Positions 26,596 to 39,156 of a DNA stretch of 64,000 bases are shown piece by piece. Source of the DNA: Laetmonice hystrix (Eukaryota); NCBI GenBank assembly GCA_965235115.1, contig OZ249436.1:21268001-21332000 (forward strand), in the 5' to 3' direction. A model generated the notes under the pieces. It was not told the origin of the DNA and did not search any database. It saw nothing but the letters and a program-made list of their open reading frames with translations. The position numbers and the translations under genes are program-made. Each line of letters begins with the position of its first letter. Within the stretch, counting starts at the first letter, position 1.

Positions 26596-29500
26596 TTATT
26601 TGTAGTTTTCAAACACTTGTTAAGTAAAATTTGCACTGAGTGACTCTTATCTGTGTCATAACCTTTTTACTTAATGCACTTGACAACCCCAATAATTATC
26701 CAAGGCCCACATTTGGCCAAAATAAAAACAGTAAATTAGTCAAGGGGTACTAAAACTCCCGAATCAGTCGATCCTTTGGACGTCGTACAACTTGAGGGCA
26801 ATTAAACTATAATTACTGAGGCCAATAAATATATTTAATCATGGGGAAGGGTTACAGAGCTCGTCCTTAAGTATTTAAATAAAAGAAAAACTATCAATCT
26901 CTCCTGCTGGGAACGGAAAAAACAAATAACACGTTGAATGACATTTCAATATTTTACGAAAGCCAGGCTTTTATTGTAAAGAAAATGAGGTATGAACCAA
27001 AGACTATAAAAGATCGTAGACCGAATATAAATGAACAAATACAATATAGGATAATGATTCAGGAAAACTCCTTGTATATTATAGTCTCCTTGTAAAGAGC
27101 GGCGTTGGCCCTCTAAGTTCCTTGTCGTTAGTGTAAGCCTATACGTAAACCCCAAACGTCCCGGAGTGAAGAAAGAAAACGATAGGTACAGCAGTAAATG
27201 AGTGATACACTGTGTTTCCCACAGACCCCCGCCCCATAATGAGATTCATACCCGCCCACCACCGTTCAGGTCGATGACATCATCGATTCATGCTGTCTGT
27301 CTTGCTTGCGTCATGGCCTAAAGTCGGTCACCGCGCATGCTTAAACCGATCATGCAAACCATTTCCGGCCACGAGCACTGCAAACAGAGCATCGATACAA
27401 AAAAAGCAAACTGCATCAGAACGAGACAAGTGGAACGTCAACGTAAGTGTTATAACAGAAGTGCAGTTTTTGTCAAGACCGGAATAATAACTGATTCTCA
27501 AGTACATCATTTTTCATTCACCATTGGCATGTCCTCGTTCGACCATCATGTCAGACTACTTTACACGACATAAAATTCCTGAAGCAAATTCTCAAAAATA
27601 CAGGTTTACGACTCTTATCAAAATGATAACATACATATGAATTATGTACACATGGCAAGATCTGTAAAACATTGTCTCCCAAAAAAACTACAGATTTTCT
27701 ATATCATCATGTCGAGAGCGCAGTTATATATGAGCGCCCCCTGGGACTCTGAGACTATAAGTATACACAAGGCCCCCTACGGTAGGGTCAGGTGACTCCT
27801 ACCTTACATACAGGCCTATCTGACACGTACTGTCCATCCACAACCTCCAGGCATTCCACAAGTGGCAAGAGTTATCGTCAAAATGTAAGTCTCTCTCCAC
27901 AATATTTCAGAAATGTCACTTCTGGCTTTGGCGAATCATACCTCGTGTTTCAAGACAGCGGCACATGTGCCACCTAGAATATATATATATGCGTGATCTG
28001 TCTTTTTTTTACATAATTAATATCACTGAAAATTACACTAATGAACTTTTCTCGTTCGACATTTCATTCTTTTAAATATAATTTCTCTGAAGTACAGCGC
28101 TCATCACTGTATCAGACTGAGACCATTCCTACAACCATCCATTTGTGGTTTCAACTGTTACCAATTCAACAACAGGTTACCCTTAACCCTTCGTCACCGA
28201 CTCTGGTTGCCTTGACTTTAACAGCTATTGAAGCCTATATTTACCCAAACGATTCCTGAACCTATGCTAGGGTACGAACGTGTCATGGTACAACGTCAAC
28301 TTGGCTAAAAGTCCGGCTATTGCGTTCCCGGTTTAACCACTCAGAGAGGTTCAATCTTCAGCTCCTACGTCACAAACTGCATATACACGCGTTACATATT
28401 AATTATGACGTCATGCACCATCCTACTATCATCTGATTGGCCCAGCCAGTTTTAAACGGACGTCAACATGACGGACTCTGTCAGAAACCAATCGATCATT
28501 TGGCTGTAATCACTTTGGCTTGAGACGGATTTGTGTGACACTCGGCCTTACAGGTTCGGCTTGAAATGTTCGAAATATTTCCTTTCTTTTAATAATTGTT
28601 TGCAGGATTGCCATGAACCGAGCAGTAAAGAAGATTTCAGGAGTATCAGCCATCCTATGTCAGCTCTTCTAGCAGTTTTCTACGCTTTTAATCGACAACA
28701 CTAAGAATAGGCCCTACCCGGAAACGTTGCTATTCCCGTTAATGGTCTGAATATATGCGGCTGTACGTCCCATCAGAATTAAAATCAATATAGTCCTACG
28801 GTTGTATGGTGTGAGAGTTGTATGCTACAGGTTAGTTGTTCCCGTTGGTCGGGATTACTCCAAGTCGCTGGCAGTTATTCCCCCCATCTTCACTTTCATT
28901 TCACTTTCTTAATCCTGATTGAACTCTACCTTCAGCAGGCTGTAAACTCAATATAAAGCACCAATGGTCTCTTACATTTTCAATTTTATTTGGACCGATG
29001 GGTAGAGCCATAAACATACAATTATATCAACAGTAATATGTAGTAAAAACTAACGTTCAAGTGGAGGGTCCAGTTTAAATTTCACCGTGGAAACTCTAAC
29101 GTCTTTTGTTGGTTCTTTCACTGCTAGGTGACGCTGATCACGTGATCCCGGCGTCTCACAACCGCCCATATCCCCAGGCCACGGTGACTTGGCTCAGCTC
29201 CGAGGTCGTCCTATTAAGTTGTCATCTGCTGTCCAATTCCCTCCCAAAATTTTTTCATTCTATTTTCGCCTAAAGGTTTTCAGTCCTGTTTAAAAAAATA
29301 TAGCTAAAAAGCTAATGCTTCTGAAAATAACTTTTTGTCTGTCCAAGGAGTACCTTAATATGTTTTACCACTTGTTTCCGTCACGGAGCCATGTATCTAT
29401 GAACAAAATGTGCGTGTACGACCCACAGCACGAGTCGGTCGTTGGTAATGTCCACAGCCCTGGGCTACGTCATCGCCTTGGCCAGGTACAGGCCGACTAG

Positions 29501-29649
29501 CTTGTGCCGCAGGCCCTCGCGACCTGGCTGCCGACCATAGTATAAAAAAACACAGGTCGAGCCAGGCTGTAACTGACCTAGCAATGAACAGAGGTAAGTG
29601 ACTGGTAGCAAAACAACTCGGACGAGAGCCTCCAGCAGAGAAACACCAT

Positions 29650-29780
29650 TCTCGACGTCCTTGCGATCTGGCCAAAACCATTTATAGCCGAACCACTACT
29701 GAGCACGGCACACGTCACGTCCTGGGGGTGGGCAGTCCCCCCTCCCTCCCTCAACCTCGCACCACGTGCGGTCCCGGACT
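29650..29780 (-). promoter_or_regulatory. TATA promoter-like motif cluster
   Basis: On the minus strand: E-box cacgtg, GGGAGGG/CACCC boxes, gacgtgacgtg (CRE-like), then ggcTATAAAtgg at 29686-29681. Confidence 0.3.
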
Positions 29781-31733
29781 GTGCAATAGGTTTAAAATAA
29801 AACAGACACAAACTGTCAGGCTGTCGGGACAGAGCCACAAGAACGTATGACATTTCATACTAAAACGAAAACGTACCTGATTCAGGTCGATTGGTAAGCA
29901 TACCCAAACTTCAGAAAAGAAGTCACGTAAATGCAGATATGGGTGTCTTTATTTCGGATAAATGCAAACCCTGTTATTAGTGCGAATCTTCTACTTGCTA
30001 GATCCCAACCATACATTGTGTGTGACAGTAAGTATTCGCTCGTCTCATTGGTTTTCTGATCACCTGACTCTGTAACAGCTCGCACCAGGTTAAACACTAT
30101 ATCAACAAATCAGTTTGTTTCACAAGAGGGCCATGTGAGGCCTGTTTCCATGAAAACACAGAGGCCAGGGAAGACGAATGAACGAAAGCATTGACAAAAT
30201 AACAAAATCCACTGCGCCGACTACTCCAGTTACTGTGCAACTTCTATACTCTCCAGTGACACGAAATAATAATATAAAACAGCACATTCACCTATGGCAC
30301 GCTCTGGGTAGCCGGACACCTCCACCTCTTCGTCCACATCCCCCCCCCCACCCCCCAAACACATGCTCAGTCGGACATACTTGTATCCTGGGCCAGGAGC
30401 CTCCGCCTACACGACGGTATCTCGTGGAGCCCTCTGGTCGCGAGTGCAGGAACCGTTAATACACAGAACATATGTAAGCAATAATATATATACACGGTCG
30501 GCTGATGACGCCGATCACGTGACGAGCCGTCTGACCAGTCAGATCCCGGCAATGAACACTTTCACGTGTGAGGACGTTCGACCAAATTGCAAACCACGTT
30601 TATTGTCATAAAACACAAGTTGTGTGAATTCTACGAACAACTATATTAAATCACCTGAAATATGTGACAGTACATTTTACCAATTCGGTTTTCTTCTTCT
30701 TCAATACAGGTGGAGTATTTGACATGGTTAAGTATACCGTGGCTAAAGGTTTGGGAACATCCTCACTTCCATATCTGCCGTGGATATGTTTACCTAACAA
30801 TATCGTGCTAAATCTGTCTACATCAACACGTACCGTCCGGGACGTATACCGGCTCGGCTGTAAGTGTTACGTATTCCCGCTTATTTACGAATTAATGTTA
30901 AAATGTCGGATGACAATGATATTATGACATGATGTAGCTATGGGACTCACATATCACACTGTTTTCAGCGCCTAATTGTGGACGAATTTAATTTGGTTGT
31001 TTATATCCTGAAATAATGAGTGTTTTCCCCCTTGCGAATTCTAAGACGAACCTTGATTTCGAAATCATATATGCACACATGCAAACGGGTACAGTATATG
31101 GTTCTTCCTAAAACACGACTGAAATGTTGACAATCGAACGGAGAGATGTGGGGTTGTTAAGTTAACGTCAAAACATATCGGTGTAAGTATGTACAAACAT
31201 GTTACAAGGCGATAGTTACCACCACTGGTTATACATGCTACCTAAAAACTTGCCTCTGGTTACCACACTATGTATAGTAGTGTTAGGTGGCTGGTGACAA
31301 GCGTGTGTTTGCCGTGTTGTTATCGTCAATACACGGAAACACCCTCTCACAGGGCCAGCTACATGCAATGTTCGGACCTGCCTACAGACGGCGCCCCTGA
31401 GCTCCGTCTCCGAGACCGAGACCTGCTAAGAGATTCATTTCAGCTCGCCTTTGATTCACTCCGCTCCAACTGTAGGTGTCGCCCTGACGCAATGGCTGAG
31501 ATTCCAAACCTCCGTTCAAATGGACATTAAGACTAATATCATCGTGGCAAATAAAAGGCAGTTCTCTGATATATTATAAATGACCTACGCCAATGTCTTT
31601 CGTCTCTCCCGAAGTCAGTGCTCACGTCACAAACCATCTCGGGTATAAAGTCTCGTGTATGTTTAACGCCCAAACGGTTTACTTCCGGTTACGTCGTTTT
31701 GTGACGTCAAAGGGGCCTACAGTTGTGACGTCA

Positions 31734-31900
31734 TCAATATGTGGGTTGCGGGCTGTTTGAGGAGAAGATGGCGGTGGCGTGGTCGCGAGCCTTCGTACGG
31801 AGGTCGGCCAGGCTAACATCGGTTGGGCTCACTCTTTGGGAAGGTTGTTGCTGTTGTGCCGGCTGGTGTTGCAGTTGAGGCTGTTGTTGAGTTTGGGCCA
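31734..31900 (-). CDS. Pax2/5/8: Pax2/5/8 last exon, alternative acceptor and frame encoding an OAR/PHT-like tail
   Basis: cgctcacag|TG, 25 nt downstream of the main acceptor. With the phase-1 donor it reads (M)AQTQQQPQLQHQPAQQQQPSQRVSPTDVSLADLRTKARDHATAIFSSNSPQPTY*. Confidence 0.65.
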
Positions 31901-31925
31901 CTGTGAGCGTAATTATAATACGGCG
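31813..31925 (-). CDS. Pax2/5/8: Pax2/5/8 last coding exon, canonical frame
   Basis: cctatttacag|CG; (T)PYYNYAHSGPNSTTASTATPAGTTATTFPKSEPNRC* resembles the vertebrate SPYYY tail. TAG at 31813-31815. Confidence 0.82.
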
Positions 31926-32793
31926 CTGTAAATAGGGCGGAAACAAACATAGCTGCTGATGGCATCTGAGTTGTTTTTGAGAGAAAAAGAATGCCACGAG
32001 AGGCATGTCATAATGAAGTCCCGACTGACCTGTTGGATTGTGCGACCAGAGGTTTCGAATATTCAAAACATTCTCGTTGCTTGTTTAGTCAGATGCGAGT
32101 TAAAATGGCATTCAATGACGTGCGACGTCACAGCTGTACATGCGAGAACATGTCGCCATGAGAAGCGATCAGTCACTGTTATAATAGCCATCATGCTCAC
32201 ACAATCCCACACGTATAGTCTGACGTACTACTAAAGAACTCAAGATGCATGCTTGTCTTAATCATTTGAATCTCCTAACATGCAATTAGTGCGCTTATGG
32301 ATTAAAAAGTAAATCAAAACTTGAATTAAGATCTATATGATTTTAACTGTTTTCAAAATAGAGATTTTCATATTCTTGTTTGAATTTTAAAACGTGCAAA
32401 AAGAATGGAGCACAAGTGACCATTGGTACGTAATAAATCTAAACAACGTTCAGTAGAGAAAACCTCAGTAAACCTCCAGCCTCTTAACACCCTAGCTTAA
32501 CGCGTGCAGGTCATTGTAACCCAACCCTTGACTGCAGTCTTTCCGTGTGTTAAATCATGCTCAACTTAATAAAAATAATTATAATTGTAACCCAATCTCT
32601 CTATGTGACGTCAGGGTGACGGGCCAGTCAAGGAATCGCCAATTAGATAATCTGATGAAGGAAAGGGAACTCTGTATTGCCGAATATATAATGACCAAAT
32701 TTCCCCCTACCAGTATGAATCAGCCTTGCCCATTATCTGTAACCTGGAGTTCAAACAATCACTAATTATGAAAAAACCCCGCGCAGACAAAGG

Positions 32794-32940
32794 TACTGTA
32801 TATCAGGTATTTTTCGCATGTGTTTTAATTTCGCCATTTTCGCGTTTTCAGAAAAAAACGCCAATTTAAGAAACGCCAAACCAGCTCAAAATAAAAAAAA
32901 CGCGAAATTTTAATCACGCGAAATTAAAGTGATATACAAT
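32794..32940. mobile_element. Degenerate palindromic MITE
   Basis: tgtatatca...tttcgc repeats opposed by cgcgaaa repeats...tgatataca. Confidence 0.5.
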
Positions 32941-33181
32941 CGTCGTTATATATTCGGGCTGGACCTTTAACCTTCTAACACGTGATATTTTCTTTCTACA
33001 ACTGTCTTTGAAAGATGAGGCTGTGGGTTTTTACACTTCGAATGACTAGGATATGGTTTACACGTTGACGGATAGGAGGCCGATAGATCCGACGGAGCTG
33101 CCACCTACTGGTGGTGTAAGAGAGCTGGAGCATGGGTCATGTGACCTCCTCCTGAGAAGGACGCTGCTGCCCAATACTCAC

Positions 33182-33280
33182 TTGGATAACGCATCGACCA
33201 GGACGACGGGTCGGTGGAGTAGTACTGCGCATGTGCGTGGGTGTATGGAACGGTTGTGTACGATGTGTAATCGCTTCCGG
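33182..33280 (-). CDS. Pax2/5/8: Pax2/5/8 C-terminal transactivation-domain exon
   Basis: gttttcttacag|CC ... CCA A|gtgagt; 99 nt, phase 1/1. (A)GSDYTSYTTVPYTHAHAQYYSTDPSSWSMRYP resembles Pax2 GSEFSGNPYSHPQY...W. Confidence 0.87.
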
Positions 33281-35117
33281 CTGTAAGAAAACAAGACGAT
33301 GAGAATGAGACAAACCGTGGGAAAATTAGACGGCTCTCTAAAAAAACTATTCTAACATAAATGGCAGTAATAACTAAAATCTCTTATCAGGTCTCCCAAT
33401 AAGCCTGGAAAGATTCCAAATATTATACACAAACATGAGTTGAGAAAAAACTATGTAGAACTTCTAAACACATTCCGAGTTCAGTTGTGTCTTTTAGATT
33501 CTGTGGACACGTACTAATATTATAACTTTACTACATTTGCTGGTATACATAGAGCCGTGCATACTCACAACAAAGGATACGAAATGGGACAGTAAAGTGG
33601 CTGGGACATTATTTTAAACATTATCCAAACGTGCAAGAAGTTTTGTTAGACTAAAAGGACACAACACGACTCATGATGCATGCTTCTGTCTAAGCATATA
33701 CAACTGTAAACTATACAATGAGTGACGGACAAAATGAAACATATCTCTTGGTGTATTTCTAAAAACTGCAGACTCTGATTTATACCGCTATATGTAATTA
33801 AATGGTGTCACCTAACGCCTACTCGTAAACACGTAGGAATAGCTATCTATAGCTTATGAATATGTATGAAGATTTGGCCCGATCTGTCAACACGTGCAGA
33901 GTGTCCAATTCCTATCTGGTATGTGCCTATGTGCTCAGACATGCTTTTACATAAATTTCCCCCGTAGTCAATCAACTATCCCTGCACAAAAAGTCGCTTG
34001 TAAAACGTGCTTGTGGGCTCAAAGTGGGAGACGATAAGCTGCACCTGTAGACTGCCACACTCCGTGACACACACCGACAGCTGCTGGTAATGACATTATA
34101 TGAGACTATTTACCACATATCGGCTCGCCCCTCCCTTCCTCTACATCATATATTCACATATATATTTCAGAAAGCGTTCATTAGGAGCCGGGTGTGCCTC
34201 CCCCCCCCCCCCTATGGACCCCCCACCCGCCGGGCGAGCACGCGCTGCCTCTATAACTGGGCGGCTGACATGGCTATAGTATAGAGAAGTCGGCACGCTT
34301 TGAAGGCAATCCTTCGTTAAGTCTCCTTAATCAGCAACGACCCTTGTTCGTTCCCGCTGTGCTGTAATCATTGCCCAGATGGATGAGGCGTGCGCCGGCT
34401 CCCTTCGGAACCAGGGACGCACCGACACAGTCAGTGCCACACTGAATTATATTTAAATTATATCGAGTACATAAAACGCATGTACAACGAATCACACGTG
34501 GTAGCCACCAAATACATGTGAGACGCGTTAGGCATGCGCACTTTGATGCGACCAGGCTTTACTTTTCTGGATGGCCGATCACGAGTAAAGAAGCGGAGCT
34601 GCACATAAACGCTTATAAATTCATAACATTGGGGGCCCATGGGTCGGGGCCTCGTGAGAGCGGCTGGTGGTGGGAGTCTAGCATCAAAGGGATCAGGTGG
34701 GTCGGTCTGTGTAACCATACACCGTCTGTCTCTCAGCTCTACTCTCTATCCATACCCTCTCAATCTCCGCCAATGGCATCTACACATGGCCGTCATAGAG
34801 ATACAAATTGGTGGATGGTAGAGTGAAACCGACTCAACGTGTCGGCGTCATTTCTTTGTATAGAGGTTCAATGTTCATCTCGATGGTTATTGTATATAAC
34901 AACACCAGATGTTGGCATCAAACGGCATGGTGACATAACAACAAGAAAACTCCACACCAGGTCTGTCGGCAAACTTCAGAACCTCATTATTCTCTCTCAA
35001 TCTATTAAAACATCATTTGGGTGATGTCAGCAATAATTGGCAAAGTGGCAACTGAAGCGGTGCTCTGGTTATACTGTATTATTGGGATAACACAGAACGG
35101 CCGCCGCGAACCGTGCC

Positions 35118-35304
35118 TAAACCCTCAGCTTGACCTGCAAACATTTCCCAAACCCTCAGCTTGACCTGCAAACATTTTCCAACCCCGCAGCTTGACCTGC
35201 AAACATTTTTCCAAACCCTCAGCTTGACCTGCAAACATTTTTCCAAACCCTCAGCTTGACCTGCAAACATTTCCCAACCCCTCAGCTTGACCTGCAAACA
35301 TTTT
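35118..35304. repeat. ~31-bp tandem repeat, 6 copies
   Basis: Unit aaaccctcagcttgacctgcaaacatttccc. Confidence 0.92.
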
Positions 35305-37406
35305 ACAGGGGTAAGAATTGCAGTGTCTGGTTAGAGGTTAGATTCTGATGCTTTTATGGTTGAAACTTAAATTGGCATTCCAGTTTTCCGTCAAGGATTT
35401 ACTGCACCTACGTTTGCAATCAATCAATATTGTTGTTAGAAAAAGACAACACTATCTCTCTGTTGTCATATTAATGTGAACTTCCCCCTGCTCCCTGATA
35501 TTATGCCTGTCTTATTTTCATAGCGAAAAGATGGAGGGACTTTCTGTCAGTAATGAGGTATTTGAGGACCCACCACTCGTACATAAAGTTTGTAATCTCG
35601 CTGTCTTTCCCCACAGAGCCAGTCGTTGAGTGTGCAGGCCTGTCATTTCTCATTGCATGCGGACATAGTTCTTGTGTAAACTACCATAATCGTCAGCCAG
35701 GCAAGGGAAGGTCTTGTCATTGCCGGTTATTTGGGTGTCAGTGGGTGTGGGAGGTGGCATTCTCCTACTACCAGCGGCTGGGGACACTGATGGGGTCACT
35801 GTGGAACAACCATACGATGTCGTTACCATCCCATATGGTCGCTGACAACCGAGCAACATGCGATACCACATTCATGTACAGGGGGCGCCACGCGTCGTCA
35901 GCGGGATGGATGCTTTCACTGTGCACCATGGCAGAAACCAAAACATCCATTTTCTTTTAATCATTGCGGCAAAATAAAGAATGCATTTTACCAAGCTTCA
36001 GTTTAACCGAAACACCATTGGCTGGTGCGTGCCATCTGTCGTGTGACATTATGCATTGGCAGGGACGTGGATATAGGCGTACATTGTGCATATTTATTGT
36101 GCCAATTGACCTGAGATTGCATGGGTCACCATCCGTGACAGGTGATGGTGGTGAGGTTGTGCATGGTTGCTCTACCTGGTAATCACTGTGAGTGAGAAAG
36201 GTAGTGATGAGGGTGGATTCAGCAGCAGGCGAGAGCCGGGATGCACACTCAGGTGTGAGATGGACTGTCTGATGCTTGTTGTTCCACGGCCGTTCGGCTT
36301 ATTAGTCGAACCACCTTGGTGTAGCAGACAAGTATATACGTGTAATGGTACCACCCATGCTGTCGACTGCCCTGGGGTCGGGATGCGAGACGACCGGCTC
36401 CCCGGGAGGAGTGACGGATCGGGCCGGGCCCGTGTGTCGGCGGCCGCCGTGGCTGGGCGGTCGGTGGTGCGTGGTTTGTTGGGTGAGCGCGCACTGTTAT
36501 CGGGCAGGTCGTGAGACACGTTCGGAGAGTAACTCCGGCTCCACCCGGGGAGGAGGAGGAGGAGGGGGAGGAGGAGGAACGACCCGCCGGCCAACCGACC
36601 GCTCCCACCCGGCCAGCCGCAGCACACCAACCGTGGCGGCGACAAACGCTAGCGATGTCCAATTGACCAAAAATGATATGGAGTCCGCTTCACGTCATGT
36701 GACTGACTGGGATCACAGCGCTTATATAACACATATTGGCGTGTCGAGCTTAAAGCCGCTGGCAATTGGTCATAAATCATTCCTCATCACTTGTACAGGA
36801 GCCGGTACTATGTGTCTAGTTACATCAAATGTTAGCAGTTCATATCTAAAGTGCTGAGGGCTGTATCGAACAATATACCTTATCCTGACATGTATTGGTT
36901 ATGACATATATACACATGACATAGCTGTTCTTGGCGATAGACATTACGGCTAGTGATACTACTGAGGTACCCCCATGTAATTATTTACCTGTCCTATCGC
37001 ACAACATAAATCACGTATTGGGCATGCAAAAGGAAAATGCGATTCACTGCTTATTAATATAACTTCTATATAAACGTTGATTTGAAACAAAGCCCTAGGA
37101 GCATGCTTGAATAACTATTACGGTGCCTTGACTTGACAGCCGGAACCGTTCTGCCTTTGGCGAAAGCTTGCCAATCATCACAAGTTAGCAGCGGGAAAAA
37201 CACAAGAACAAGCTAGCTCGCTGACATTTCAAACTGCATTATAAACGCCTAGGCAACATGCGATCATGCAGACACAACACCAGACACAGGGTCTTTTGTT
37301 TCAAGTGCAGTAAAGTGGGGCGGGGGTGGAGGTGAGAAACTGGTCATGCATGCTTTGCCGGGTGGTGACGTCAGTGGTGACGTCACAGTGAGTGACGTCT
37401 GCTCAC

Positions 37407-37523
37407 CTGCCATGGAGCCTGTATTGTAGCTAGCAGACCCTGTGGGTAGTACTAAAGGTGGCACGAGTCCGGCCACAGTTTGGTTCGAGTAGGACGGGTG
37501 TGTACTACTGTACCCTACTTGTG
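37407..37523 (-). CDS. Pax2/5/8: Pax2/5/8 C-terminal transactivation-domain exon
   Basis: ttctctgttgcag|CA ... GCA G|gtgagc; 117 nt, phase 1/1. (T)QVGYSSTHPSYSNQTVAGLVPPLVLPTGSASYNTGSMA resembles vertebrate Pax2 PPHVPPTGQGSYPTSTLAG. Confidence 0.85.
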
Positions 37524-39156
37524 CTGCAACAGAGAACAGGAACCAACCACCTTAGCATTAATACCTCAGCCAAGCATCCAAAGAACCTACTTAACATTTT
37601 TCAGAATACGATCAATTGTAGTTTTTTTTCCAGCAGCCCTGGTTAGTTTCTCTGGAAATTCAAACAGCCTGAGATCCCTGGGGTTTCCCAAAGGGAATCT
37701 TAATCAGCACCTGGGGAGGGATGGGGATTGCTACCCTCTTTAATTGATAAGAATTTGACAAATTTCCTTTCACCAAATGTTTTTCTGAAATACGATGCAA
37801 GTAGGGATACGAAGAATAATTAAGCCGAAACCAAGCCTACAATCAGTACGTAAGGTAGGGGGTACAGAGGAAAGGGGTTAAAGCATCAAGATCTCCATGT
37901 TCTCTAACTTATTAGCACCGCCTCTACCGAAACAACGCAGTAACATGTATTAAGTGTAAACTATAGGGCAGGCTTGATGACCAGTTGGATAGAATCATAC
38001 AGATCGTTGTGTGGGCATGATATATTTTCCCCCACTGCGGTCCAATCATAAACCAACATAATTGCGCGTTATCCGAGGTACAAACATACCACATCAAACA
38101 TTGCCACAAACGTAATCCTCCATACGGTGATATTAACTGTACATGGTTAATCACGACTGATTCATGGCCTTCCACGGCTCATTCAGACAGTTCCGGTTAG
38201 AACGCTGACCAATGGTCAAGGTCCCTGACTGACCACACGGAGGAGAACGCTGACCAATGGTCAAGGTCCCTGACAGACCACACGGAGGAGTGCATAGCAA
38301 GTGAATGATGATGTGGGGGGGCACTCACTTTTCATGAGATGCTGAGAGTTCTTTGAAACCGAGTCCGGCAGTTGTGTGCGATAGTATGGCCCCCCTGTCA
38401 GGGTGGCAGGCGGGCGGGCAGGCTCTGCCATCAATCTGGACCCCACATCAAAGGACAGCGCGGGTCGGGCGGCGGGCCTTCACCTGCCACCGAGCCGGTA
38501 ACTGCCGTGCTATATGGCCGGTCAGGTTGAGGTTACGCCGCCCAGAGATGGTACCGGCCACATAGAACCTCGACCACCCGACCAGCAGTCGTACAATTAC
38601 ACGTACGTACATGCAGAGGCAGACTCAGAAAATTCTGAGAAAGGAGGGGGGGGGGGTGAAACAGGGCATTCGGAGGGGAGATTCTCTCTTAAGAAAAGAA
38701 AGTCTCAAAGCGACATTTATATATTTATCTTAATACACTAAGGTATAGCAGGACATTTGTAGAAAATAGAGAGCTCCTTTGAGTATGGATAAATTCAGAT
38801 GTTTTTTATGACTTTAACTGGGGAGTAGGGGGGGGGGGGGCGTTCATCTCCCTGCCTTGGCGTGTACTTGAAGTCTGTTCACCACTGTTCACCACTGTAT
38901 CCTGGGTATACCGGGCACAGACTGATCCCAAGCCTTAAATTCCAGAGCCTTGCCATGGAATGGCCATTGAGGCAGGCAATGAAAGTTCCTGTTCGGCATT
39001 CCAATTGAACATCAAGAGCCCCTCGGGCATGGTTGGGGCGATGCCGTCATGTTTACCACCTGTCACAGGGTATCAGGGAGGGCGTCGGCCAACAGCAGGT
39101 TCATGGTCGGACGAGGGGCTGCTGCCAGGAGGGGGCCGCGGGGCAGGCTGTGCCAG

